DNA of 64,000 bases from Candidatus Rariloculaceae bacterium. Its GTDB lineage: Bacteria > Pseudomonadota > Gammaproteobacteria > Steroidobacterales > Rariloculaceae. Location of the stretch: positions 1,099,656 to 1,163,655 of the forward strand of contig OZ250159.1 of assembly GCA_965237785.1 (NCBI GenBank), read 5' to 3'. Of this stretch, positions 38,501 to 46,387 are shown one piece after another (position 1 is the stretch's first letter; each line of letters starts with the position of its first letter). The position numbers were made by a program, and so were the translations under genes. The notes under the pieces are model-generated. The model was given only the letters and a program-made list of their open reading frames with translations, did not search any database and was not told the origin of the DNA.

Positions 38501-38619
38501 CAAGCGCTGGCCTCGCGGTGCAGGGCGTCGTCCTTGGCATAGTAGCCGTCTTTCTCGTAATAGCTGACGCCCTGGGCGGCGGAAGCGACTGTGCCGATGG
38601 AAGCTACCACGGATTGCAC
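35551..38619 (-). CDS. MobF-family conjugative relaxase (TrwC/TraI-like) fused to RecD-like helicase
   Basis: N-terminal YYEKDGYYAKDD...GKGAEAMGL and the histidine triad FRHDTSRNLDPQLHTHAVIVN mark the TrwC relaxase domain. It is followed by the AAA_30 Walker A GIQGYAGTGKTT and the helicase C-terminal motif TIHSFQGRTVD. Confidence 0.9.
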   Translation of the reverse strand: MQSVVASIGTVASAAQGVSYYEKDGYYAKDDALHREASAWRGKGAEAMGLSGPVEPEAFQMVLEGHVPDGRRLGKRERDGTIRHRPGIDVTLSAPKSVSLAALVGGDRRIVKAHARAVKRTLDWIEHRAVETRVMDPVTRTMVRKGNQKMVAATFRHDTSRNLDPQLHTHAVIVNMVQGNDSKWRTMINDRVYRGVIAIGAIYRSELARGLEGLGYGIEKTHADGRFEIEGVSREVIKAFSTRRAEIEAAMKARGMGAPGDNARLADRAALVTRAHKRDVDKSALRRQWSRQASELDFSAKAVVSRTRRSVAKTGDALSQQDLFANPDYSATQAAQWAVKHLSERQSVFTHAALLTAVLGKEPGAVTVESAEKAILDLERKGGLHRANGMHRASGWTTDRALARESETISLMRAGRGKGPRMMRNWVAESSLRKGRLNRGQKEAVKSVLSGRDRVIGIQGYAGTGKTTMLKRFRDLSQRKGYRLKGLAPSASAAKTLREEAGIPTETLQRFLARNTGLIEGRVSAKGLKGLRRKVSKTVVVVDEASLASTEQMRGLLKAATAMRLPRVVLVGDEKQLDGVDAGRPFGQLMKAGMQTAVLDEILRQKDSRLKSAVKSTLEGEIKAAFKKLGDNVTEIASEKLADEAAQRWLALSHSDRDNTGVIAPTRALRDSINRIIRNELAAEGEIHGPARTGTKLLSRGLTCAEAGLHSSYAEGDTVIFNRKYKRLGVEKGDERTVAGIDRDRHAVILEGSKGAKVRWRPWEIAGKKGGVDSYRSGRLDLRAGDRVRFTRNDRDAGLVNGQMARVAGIEEDEVRFELEDGPTITLGEGHPSLRFLDHAWATTIHSFQGRTVDTIIAAMESGNRALVNQKALYVAISRARFRAELITDDGRKLSDHLERASGERISALDAAADTAAVKAIFRDAGDAKDPAKVAQAAGRYAREEIEPSPGRGAQLERKPDRQVAEWGAELETVKQAEPGTVREASAGKASPDPAPKSPAPVAENDRANEPVEMDMDLDMEM

Positions 38620-38730
38620 TCTGCAAAGGGGCCGCCCGCGGCCACGCCGCCGTACCGGTCACCGGGATTGCTGCCCGCAGACGTATTGCCGCCCGCAATG
38701 GCCACTGCCGGGGTTCAATCCCGGTCCGTA

Positions 38731-38913
38731 ATGACGGACAATCCCGCCCCGATGAATGCCGGGCAGGACTTCCTCATCGGACTGGCGGGCTTGTGCCTTT
38801 GCGTATGGGCGCTGCTCGGCACGAACCGCTTCATGGTGCGCGGAATGCGCGCGGCGTGCGCAGGCTTGGGCGCGATCTTGCTCGTCACCGGGTTCATGTT
38901 CATGTACCGGTGA
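38731..38913 (+). CDS. Small two-TM membrane protein (60 aa)
   Basis: MTDNPAPMNAGQDFLIGLAGLCLCVWALLGTNRFMVRGMRAACAGLGAILLVTGFMFMYR. It forms the C-terminal end of a long spurious ORF. Only this part looks like a real protein. Confidence 0.35.
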   Translation: MTDNPAPMNAGQDFLIGLAGLCLCVWALLGTNRFMVRGMRAACAGLGAILLVTGFMFMYR

Positions 38914-39121
38914 GGGCGGTAAAATCCGTTCGCAATCGCCTTTCATGGCCCGAACGTAGCACCGCCGGAAACGGGTCCGCAACGGCTTTCAGGAGGCCGC
39001 TTGCGCCGTGTTGACTCCTTGTTGACCCGGCGTGTAGGACTGTGAGCAGAGCCTCGATTGCCCTGATAAAAATCCTTTTATTTACGGTATGTTACGAGCG
39101 TTCTCGCGCCGCGGCGGCGAT

Positions 39122-39433
39122 TTATTGGTCAGGATCGAGAAGCACGCTCGCAAGGGCTGGCCCTTTCCCCATGCTCGGCTCAACGCCGCTTACGCCTCGG
39201 CGCCGGCCAGGGCGTCGTCCAGCTCGCTCGCGCGCCGCGGGCGCCAGCCCGTCTTCTGGGAACGCATCGGCCAGATACGCGCAAATCGCCGCCGTCTCCG
39301 TTACCGCTACGCTCCGGTGGCGAAGCGCCGGCACCTTGCCCATGGGATTGATCGCGCGATACCGCGCCGACTTCATCTCCGACGTGTTTCCATCGCGGCC
39401 TTCACTAACCTTCCTCGTCTCCTGTTTCAACAT
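39122..39433 (-). pseudogene. Glutathione S-transferase fragment
   Basis: ...KSARYRAINPMGKVPALRHRSVAVTETAAICAYLADAFPEDGLAP is a GST N-terminal (thioredoxin-like) domain segment. The beginning is overlapped by parE and the C-terminal domain is not recognisable in frame. Confidence 0.45.
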
Positions 39434-39767
39434 GACGTATCGGGTCCATCGAGTCGTGCAACAGTCGGAGAACGTCAATCACGGGCCGCTCTTCTTGTCT
39501 GTCGACCCGGTACAGCACGAGGTGTCGGCCTTTCCGGCCCCTGCGCGCCACATTCACAATCATCAAGCCTTCCGCAATTTCATCCCGTTTTCGCGATCCG
39601 GGAACGTCCGGTCCCGCTGCAAGCGATTCGATCGCCCGCGTCAAGGTCTCGGCATATTGGCGCGCCTGTGCCTCCCCGAACCGTTCCGACGTCCAACGAA
39701 CAATGTTCTGGAAATCAACCTCGGCGGCGGTTGTCAGACGGATGCGCCAACCGCGACCGTCGGCCAT
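39405..39767 (-). CDS. parE: ParE/RelE-family toxin
   Basis: 120 aa. ...RIRLTTAAEVDFQNIVRWTSERFGEAQARQYAETL...HLVLYRVD...VIDVLRLLHDSMD is the typical ParE pattern. Its ATG overlaps the antitoxin stop (TGATG). Confidence 0.8.
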   Translation of the reverse strand: MADGRGWRIRLTTAAEVDFQNIVRWTSERFGEAQARQYAETLTRAIESLAAGPDVPGSRKRDEIAEGLMIVNVARRGRKGRHLVLYRVDRQEERPVIDVLRLLHDSMDPIRHVETGDEEG

Positions 39768-40069
39768 CAGGAGTTGTCGGTTTTGGGCGAACCGGGGCCG
39801 AGCGCCTCCGCGGTAAGCGCGGACAAGTCCTCGCGCAGCGCCTCCGCCGCGTCGAATGCACGATAGCGCCCCGCTGCGATATCGGCGATGCCGGCCTCCG
39901 CGGCCGTCCGCATGGCCTTCAGGCGGATATTCTCTTCCACATCCCGCCGCTCAACGAGCCTCAGACCCTCACGCATCACTTCACTGGCATTCTGATAACG
40001 GCCGGACGCGACCAGCCTTGCGACAAGGGACGCCTGATAATCCGAAAGGACAACATTACGCGTCGGCAT
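39767..40069 (-). CDS. parD: ParD-family (RHH/COG3609) antitoxin
   Basis: MPTRNVVLSDYQASLVARLVASGRYQNASEVMREGLRLVERRD. AAGGAG ribosome-binding site upstream of the ATG at 40069. Confidence 0.8.
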   Translation of the reverse strand: MPTRNVVLSDYQASLVARLVASGRYQNASEVMREGLRLVERRDVEENIRLKAMRTAAEAGIADIAAGRYRAFDAAEALREDLSALTAEALGPGSPKTDNS

Positions 40070-40090
40070 GACAAATTCTCCTTGGCGGAA

Positions 40091-40117
40091 CCCTATTGGC
40101 ATATTATGCCAATAGGG
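40091..40117. promoter_or_regulatory. 27-bp perfect palindrome, probable parDE operator
   Basis: ccctattggcata-t-tatgccaataggg (13-bp arms), 22 nt upstream of the parD ATG. Confidence 0.5.
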
Positions 40118-40284
40118 CCAGGATTGTCATACTTCAGTAGCGTCGATTCTGGAAATCGACGCCCTCGCGACGAACATCGGTGAGCGGGCTAGCGCCTGAC
40201 ACGCGGGTCTGCCATCCTTGTGCTTGCGTCCGGGTTCGATGGGCACGATGAACCATCGCGCCCGCAGAAGGGCAGTGGTGCAAA

Positions 40285-41322
40285 ATGCGGGTCAAGGCTC
40301 TGCGTGCGATCATTCTGGCAGCGATTTGCGGCGGAGCCGCGGTCGCCGTGTGCATGATCGCGATGCTGGGCTGGCAAACGCTGGGCACGCCCATGAACGT
40401 CGCCGCGCCCGGGGAATGGCTCAACGTGGCGCCGGGGACATCGCTGACTCGCATCAGCAGCGAATTGTCCCGGCGGGGCATGCTCGACTCGTCGTGGGCG
40501 CTCAACGCGTACGCCCGTTATTCCGGAGACGCGACACGAATTCACGCCGGGGAATACCTCATCGACCGGGGAACCACGCCCCGACAGTTGCTTGAGCAGT
40601 TGGTCAGCGGGCGCGTCCACCTGCACGACATGGCGATCATCGAGGGCTGGCGGTTCGAGGACGTGATCATCGCCCTGCGAAACCACCAGGCCGTGGATGC
40701 CAGCACATTGGATTCGGAGACCGTAATGGCGGAGTTGGGCAAGCCCGAACTTCATCCGGAAGGCCAGTTTTACCCCGATACCTACCGGTTTCCGAGGAAC
40801 ACCGCCGCCGGGGACATTCTCAGACAGGCCCATGACGCAATGGAAGATCGGCTCAACCGGGCCTGGGAGCAGTATCGCTCCACTACCGTGTTGACGTCAC
40901 CGTACGATGTGCTGATATTGGCGTCGATCATCGAGAAGGAGACGGCCGTGAACGAAGAACGCCGTCGAATCTCGGGCGTATTTCACCGCCGAATGGAACG
41001 CGGCATGCGTCTGCAGACCGATCCCACCGTAATCTACGGCCTGGGAGCGGATTTCGATGGCAATCTACGCCGATCCGACCTGGCGCGCGACACGCCCTAC
41101 AACACCTATACACGATCGGGATTCCCACCCACACCCATCGCGTTGCCGAGCCAGGAATCCCTGTTGGCGGCGGTGAATCCGGACTCCGGCGCGGAACTTT
41201 ACTTTGTGGCAACCGGGCTGGGGGATGGAAGCCATCATTTCTCTACTACCTTCGATGAACACCGGGCCGCCGTGGCCCGGTATCGGTCGGGGGCTGCGTA
41301 TACCGAGAACGCCGCGCAGTGA
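40285..41322 (+). CDS. mltG: Endolytic murein transglycosylase MltG (YceG)
   Basis: N-terminal TM helix, then ...IHAGEYLI...TPRQLLEQLVSG...IIEGWRFEDV...LASIIEKET...ISGVFHRRMERGMRLQTDPTVIYG...YNTYTRSGFPPTPIA. Confidence 0.9.
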   Translation: MRVKALRAIILAAICGGAAVAVCMIAMLGWQTLGTPMNVAAPGEWLNVAPGTSLTRISSELSRRGMLDSSWALNAYARYSGDATRIHAGEYLIDRGTTPRQLLEQLVSGRVHLHDMAIIEGWRFEDVIIALRNHQAVDASTLDSETVMAELGKPELHPEGQFYPDTYRFPRNTAAGDILRQAHDAMEDRLNRAWEQYRSTTVLTSPYDVLILASIIEKETAVNEERRRISGVFHRRMERGMRLQTDPTVIYGLGADFDGNLRRSDLARDTPYNTYTRSGFPPTPIALPSQESLLAAVNPDSGAELYFVATGLGDGSHHFSTTFDEHRAAVARYRSGAAYTENAAQ

Positions 41323-41954
41323 GAGGCGCGTTCATCACCCTGGAAGGCACCGAGGGCGTCGGCAAATCCACCTGTATGGACTACGTGGTCGACACCCTTG
41401 CCGCGGCGGACATCCCGGTCGTGGTCACTAGAGAACCCGGTGGTACGCCGTTGGGGGAACGTATCCGGGAGTGGATTCTGCAAGGGGATCACGCCACGTT
41501 GTCCGCGGAGACGGAAACGCTGCTGATGTTCGCCTCCCGGGCGTACCATCTGGATGAAGTCATCCGCCCGGCGCTTATGGCCGGGAAGTGGGTGGTCTGC
41601 GATCGCTTCAGCGATGCAACCGCCGCCTACCAGGGCGGTGGTCACGGCGCCAGCCCGTCCTGGATCGCGTCGCTACGTGGCGCGGTACACGGTAACCTGG
41701 AACCGGATCTGACACTTTTGCTCGATGCGCCCGTGGAAGTGGGAATGGACCGAATTCGCGGGCGCGATCCGGACCATTTCGAGCGTGAGGACAAGGGTTT
41801 TTTCGCGCGCGTGCGCGAGACGTATCTTCACTTGGCGAAGACCAGCCCGGACCGCATCATCTTGGTGGATGCGACGCGAATTTTGCCCGAGGTCAGACGA
41901 CAAATCGTCGCGCACGTGGAGGCGTTCGTACGCCGATTTCCTAACGCATCATGA
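41319..41954 (+). CDS. tmk: Thymidylate kinase
   Basis: FITLEGTEGVGKST P-loop and DRF.DAT.AYQG. The GTG start overlaps the mltG stop. Confidence 0.9.
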   Translation: MRGAFITLEGTEGVGKSTCMDYVVDTLAAADIPVVVTREPGGTPLGERIREWILQGDHATLSAETETLLMFASRAYHLDEVIRPALMAGKWVVCDRFSDATAAYQGGGHGASPSWIASLRGAVHGNLEPDLTLLLDAPVEVGMDRIRGRDPDHFEREDKGFFARVRETYLHLAKTSPDRIILVDATRILPEVRRQIVAHVEAFVRRFPNAS

Positions 41955-42985
41955 CCACAATGTCCCCGTACGAGACACTCAGCACGGGCGTATGCCCGTG
42001 GTTGCATGCCCCGCTGGGCAAACTGGAAGCGGCACATGGCGGCGGCCGTATGGCTCACGGATGGTTGTTGGCAGGATCGAAGGGCACGGGCAAGATCAAT
42101 CTTGCGCTGGCCGCAGCCCGCCGGCTTTTGGAGGGTTCCAATCGTCCGGTGAAGAGCCTGGGGGCCGATGAGGCCGCGGTGGCTATGGCCGAGCGCCACG
42201 TGCCTGCGGATCATCACCCCGATCTCCACTGGCTTTTCCCTGAATCCGGGCGTCGAACGCTTGCCGTTGACCAAATTCGCGAAGCCACCCGCGCACTTTC
42301 CCTTACCAGCCTTGCGGGCCAGGCCAAGGTGCTTGTGCTGGAAACCGCAGATGCAATGACAACGTCGGCTGCCAATGCCTTGCTGAAAACCTTGGAGGAG
42401 CCAAGCGCCAAGACCTATTTGCTGTTGATTTCTCACCAGCCGGGACGGCTACCGGCGACGGTTCGCAGCCGTTGCCAGTCGCTTGCCGTGCAACGCCCGC
42501 CCGCTGCAGACACAGTCGCCTGGCTTGGAGCAAGCAAATCAGAGGCGCGGGCGGCTGACTGGGCGACGCTCGTGGTCCTGGCCGAGGGGTCTCCGTTTCG
42601 CGCCATTGCATTCAATGATGGTGATTTTATAAATAAAAATAAATATCTACAAAAACAATTTAAACTAATATCTGAAAACAGAATCGATCCTCAGAAAGTT
42701 GCCGACGAGTGGCTCAAGGGGGATATTGAACTCGCCCTCGGTTGGCTGACGGCGCGGTTGCACGCGGTGATTCGGATGCGACTGGCGCCAGACACCGCCG
42801 CAGGCGATGCGAGCCTGGGGGCCGAAGAATCAGGCGATGCGTGGCAGCGATGGACAACGCGATTTCTGTTCGAACAGTTGCAAAATGTGGAGTTGCTTCT
42901 ACGCCGACTTGGCGGTGGAATAAATGTGGACCTGGCCACCAGGGCTTTGTTGCTTGAATTCGAATCGCGGGGAGGGCGGCGGTGA
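41951..42985 (+). CDS. holB: DNA polymerase III delta-prime subunit
   Basis: PWLHAPL...HGWLLAGSKGTGK...LLKTLEEPS...TVRSRCQ. Position after tmk (ATGA overlap). Contains an anomalous AT-rich in-frame segment, described in the findings. Confidence 0.85.
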   Translation: MTTMSPYETLSTGVCPWLHAPLGKLEAAHGGGRMAHGWLLAGSKGTGKINLALAAARRLLEGSNRPVKSLGADEAAVAMAERHVPADHHPDLHWLFPESGRRTLAVDQIREATRALSLTSLAGQAKVLVLETADAMTTSAANALLKTLEEPSAKTYLLLISHQPGRLPATVRSRCQSLAVQRPPAADTVAWLGASKSEARAADWATLVVLAEGSPFRAIAFNDGDFINKNKYLQKQFKLISENRIDPQKVADEWLKGDIELALGWLTARLHAVIRMRLAPDTAAGDASLGAEESGDAWQRWTTRFLFEQLQNVELLLRRLGGGINVDLATRALLLEFESRGGRR

Positions 42986-43314
42986 CCGTATCTGGACAAT
43001 TGACGCTGACAATCCCGGGCGAGCGTGCACTCTACCGGGCGTATATGCCCTTCATTCGTAACGGCGGGCTATTTGTGCGTACCGATCGCAGCTATGAACT
43101 GGGTGATGACGTATCGATCGAGCTCAATCTGATGGGCGCGGCAGAGCCGGTCCCGGTCTCGGGAAAGGTCATCTGGATTACGCCCAGGCGGGCGCAGGGC
43201 AAGCGGCCCGCGGGAATTGGAGTGCAGTTCAACGACAACGCGAGGTATCGCAGGGAAATCGAAGCGCAATTGACCGGGTTGCCGGGAAGCGACGAATTGA
43301 CGCACACGCTGTAA
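42982..43314 (+). CDS. pilZ: PilZ-domain protein
   Basis: 110 aa. LYRAYMPFIRNGGLFVRTD...GDDVSIEL...GKVIWITP...AGIGVQF. Conserved position after holB, as in Pseudomonas. Confidence 0.8.
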   Translation: MTVSGQLTLTIPGERALYRAYMPFIRNGGLFVRTDRSYELGDDVSIELNLMGAAEPVPVSGKVIWITPRRAQGKRPAGIGVQFNDNARYRREIEAQLTGLPGSDELTHTL

Positions 43315-43321
43315 CGCCCGG

Positions 43322-45325
43322 CTATAGCAACTTCTGCCAACCCGGATGCGGCGTGAAACGGGGACCGAAAGCGGCCGCAAGGGATTCCAGTCGCTGGACC
43401 GTGGCCCGGATGCCTCGTTGTCGCGCGTATTGGATCGGACCGCCTGTGTAGGGCGCAAATCCGGTACCGAAGACGATACCGGCGTCCACGAGATCCGGAT
43501 CGCCGACGACACGTTCTTCGTAACAGGCCACCGCCGCGTTCACGATCTGCAGGATCAGCCGGTCCTGAAGATGCTCGTCCGGCGCGGCAAAGTTGCGTGA
43601 TTTTTGTGGGTGGCCACCCTCGAACCTGTAGAAACCGATTCCGCTCTTGGCTCCCAATTCACCGGCCTGCACCTTATCCTCCAATATGGAGATCGCGTCA
43701 CCCAGGCGTTCGCCGAGCGTTGCAGCCGCCTTCAAGGCAACATCCAATCCCACGCGGTCAGCAAGTTCTACCGGCCCCATGGGCATGCCGAAGTTTTCGG
43801 CTGCCCGGTCGATCGTTTCGGGGGCGTGGCCATCCCGGTGCGCCGCGAGCGCCTCGGCGAAGTAGGGCGCGAGGATGCGATTGACCAGGAAACCCGGGGT
43901 ATCGCGGCATGGCAGAGGTAGCTTCCCGATCGCGGTGACAAACGCGGTCGCCCGATTGAGGTTCGACGGGTCCGTGGCCTGGCCACGTACGACTTCCACC
44001 AGGGGGAGTTTGGCCACTGGGTTGAAGAAATGCAGGCCGAGAAACCGTTCAGGGCGCCGCAGTCCTTCGGAAAGTCGCTCCAGGGAGATGCTCGAAGTGT
44101 TGGTCGCGAGCAGGGCGTCGGCGCGCATGCGTCGTTCCAGATCCCGAAACAGCGCTCGTTTGGCGTCCGGGCGCTCGACAATGGCTTCTATGACCAGGTC
44201 CGCGTCCGCGACTCCGTCCGCATCGGCAACGAGTCGTCGCTGCGCCTCGGCGGCGGCTCCCGGGGCCTCGAGGCGCCGTTCGAAGAGGGCCGCTGCCCTC
44301 GTCAACGCCGGCTCGATCTGCGCGCCGGATTGATCGTGAACCGTCACGGTGAATCCACGCAACGCGCACCAGGCGGCGATATCGCCTCCCATGACCCCGG
44401 TTCCGGCCACATGGACATGGCGTATCTCGTGCGACTTCGGTGCTGCTCCGCGCAATCGTTCACGCAGGAAAAACACCCGCACCAGGTTTCGGGAGGTTGA
44501 TGAGACCAGGAGCTTGCCGATGGAATGCGCCTCGGCCCGGTAGGCCGATGGTCCGGCGGCGCCGTGACGTACCCACAGATCCACGATCGCGGCGGGCGCG
44601 GGATAATGTACGCGGCGCGCCCGGCGTTCGATCCGGGCGTGCAACCGCCGGCCCATCCAGCGCCTGACGGGCGCCAGGTTGAGCATTCGCAAGTGAATTG
44701 GAGCGCGGCGTTTGGGTGGTCTGCTGGCAATGAATTCGCTCGCGACTCGATCGATTTCGGCAGCAGCTACGATGCGGTCGACCAGCCCGACGCGCCGGGC
44801 TTCCAGAGGTGATATGGATCTTCCGGTCAGCATGAGATCCAGTGCCGTCATCGGACCCAGGAGCCGGACGCTCCGCACCGTTCCACCAAACCCCGGATGG
44901 ATGCCGAGTCGCACCTCCGGCAGTCCCATGCAGCGCTCGTGGCTTGCCGCGGCGATTCGGTAATCGCAAGCCAACGCCAGTTCCAGTCCGCCACCCAGCG
45001 CAAAGCCGTGCATTGCGGCAACGGTGGGGCAGGGCAGGTTTTCCAACCGGTTCAGCAGTGCATGGGCGTGATTGGCCAGCGTTTCCACCTGGGCCGGGTT
45101 GCGCAGCCCGCGAAACTCTGAAATGTCGGCCCCGGCGACGAACCCGGAGTCTTTGGCTGATTTGATCACCACACCCGCGGGTGGATCGGCAGCGATTTGA
45201 TCGATCAGGTCGGCCAGTTCCTGAAGCACGGGCTGAGACAGGACATTTGTTCCGCTGTTTGCCTTGTCCAGCAATAGCCAGCGGATACCGTTCGGATCGT
45301 CCTCCACTTTCCATTGATCGGTCAT
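43322..45325 (-). CDS. Bifunctional enoyl-CoA hydratase / 3-hydroxyacyl-CoA dehydrogenase (FadB/FadJ-like)
   Basis: N-terminal crotonase domain (SGFVAGADISEF) followed by the NAD-binding VAGTGVMGGDIAAW and the HFFNPV motif. Confidence 0.85.
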   Translation of the reverse strand: MTDQWKVEDDPNGIRWLLLDKANSGTNVLSQPVLQELADLIDQIAADPPAGVVIKSAKDSGFVAGADISEFRGLRNPAQVETLANHAHALLNRLENLPCPTVAAMHGFALGGGLELALACDYRIAAASHERCMGLPEVRLGIHPGFGGTVRSVRLLGPMTALDLMLTGRSISPLEARRVGLVDRIVAAAEIDRVASEFIASRPPKRRAPIHLRMLNLAPVRRWMGRRLHARIERRARRVHYPAPAAIVDLWVRHGAAGPSAYRAEAHSIGKLLVSSTSRNLVRVFFLRERLRGAAPKSHEIRHVHVAGTGVMGGDIAAWCALRGFTVTVHDQSGAQIEPALTRAAALFERRLEAPGAAAEAQRRLVADADGVADADLVIEAIVERPDAKRALFRDLERRMRADALLATNTSSISLERLSEGLRRPERFLGLHFFNPVAKLPLVEVVRGQATDPSNLNRATAFVTAIGKLPLPCRDTPGFLVNRILAPYFAEALAAHRDGHAPETIDRAAENFGMPMGPVELADRVGLDVALKAAATLGERLGDAISILEDKVQAGELGAKSGIGFYRFEGGHPQKSRNFAAPDEHLQDRLILQIVNAAVACYEERVVGDPDLVDAGIVFGTGFAPYTGGPIQYARQRGIRATVQRLESLAAAFGPRFTPHPGWQKLL

Positions 45326-45337
45326 GAAATCAACGGG

Positions 45338-46201
45338 TTACCCTGAATTCCTCACCAATCTACGTGGTTGCCGCAACGAACTGGGTGAACAATGGAACAC
45401 GCGGCGAAACGCCCGCCTGAAGCCCGCCGCGGACTCATAGCCCGCGTGTTCCGCAACATCCTTGATCGGAGCCTGGCTGCGGCGGATTTCTCGAAACGCC
45501 TTCAGCATGCGCCAGTGTCTGAGATACCGCGACGGCGGTTCCCCGACCTGACGGTGAAAGCGCTCCGCGAAAACGCTTCTCGACATTCCGACCGATGCCG
45601 CGAGATCCGCGTTGTGCCAGGGATGCTGGGGTTTTGCATGAATGTGCTGCAGCGCGGGCAAAAGGACAGGATCGGACAGTGCTGCGAGAAACGCGGGTGC
45701 AGGCCCCTCCAACTGGCACCGCCTGAACATTTCCACAAGAATGATCTCCGCGAGACGCAGGGCCACAAAGTCGAAGCCGAGCCTTGCGTTGATCAACTCG
45801 CCTTCCAGGAGCCATACCGCGCGGCCGAGTTCGCTCTCGTCAGTGAGGTACCGCGAACGCAGCGGCAGGTGCCGTGGCAGGCTTTGCGCAAACGGATGAG
45901 GCAAGTTGCGGTCGAGGGCATACGTGCAACGCAGCAGGCGAGTAGGGGAGTGCGGCTGCACGGGGCCGGGTTCGATACGGAAGTCGGCGGCCCCCACGAC
46001 GAGAAAACCGTCAAGGGTCCGGAGTTTCATCGCCGGGGCGTCCGCGCCGAGATGCAGCGCGCAACGGCCGGACATGACGATGTAGGCCTGAGTCGGTGCC
46101 GATTCTCCCGCGCGCGTGCCTTCCAATGCGATGGTTTCCACGCCACTGCATCGAAGTCCGAGGGCTTCCAGCACGTCACTCAGGATGTCCATATCTGCCA
46201 A
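45338..46201 (-). CDS. AraC-family transcriptional regulator (cupin N-domain)
   Basis: C-terminal double HTH: LAASVGMSRSVFAERFHRQVGEPPSRYLRHWRM...VAEHAGYESAAGFRRAFRRVF. Confidence 0.8.
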   Translation of the reverse strand: MADMDILSDVLEALGLRCSGVETIALEGTRAGESAPTQAYIVMSGRCALHLGADAPAMKLRTLDGFLVVGAADFRIEPGPVQPHSPTRLLRCTYALDRNLPHPFAQSLPRHLPLRSRYLTDESELGRAVWLLEGELINARLGFDFVALRLAEIILVEMFRRCQLEGPAPAFLAALSDPVLLPALQHIHAKPQHPWHNADLAASVGMSRSVFAERFHRQVGEPPSRYLRHWRMLKAFREIRRSQAPIKDVAEHAGYESAAGFRRAFRRVFHCSPSSLRQPRRLVRNSG

Positions 46202-46387
46202 CGGTATACGCTACGCGGGGAAATTTCACTAGCTCGGATGTCTCAGCAATTTTCGTGGCGAGTGGGTCGGCGGCCTCAGTAGATAAAGGGTGAGTTGAAC
46301 GTCGTTGGGATCTGCAGTCACGGTGCGCGACGGCATTAGACTGCCCGGAACAACCGGCTTAGACTGTCGCGAAGGAACCTGGAATCC

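Larger units (their letters stand above)
25705..40284. mobile_element. Integrated plasmid-like genomic island (putative integrative mobilizable element) between fabF and mltG
   Basis: Contains a tyrosine integrase, a MobF relaxase, ParDE, an IS1595 remnant and ssb remnants. It interrupts the conserved fabF-(pabC)-mltG adjacency. Exact ends were not defined, because I found no convincing flanking direct repeats. Confidence 0.7.

Noticed and set aside
40141-40284. Searched the 145 bp before mltG, and the bases after the fabF stop, for remnants of pabC. Also noted the hairpin gcgtcgatt-ctgga-aatcgacgc at 40140-40162.
   Set aside because: No frame gives class-IV aminotransferase-like sequence. 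The hairpin has no T-run and no obvious partner at the other junction, so no function is assigned.
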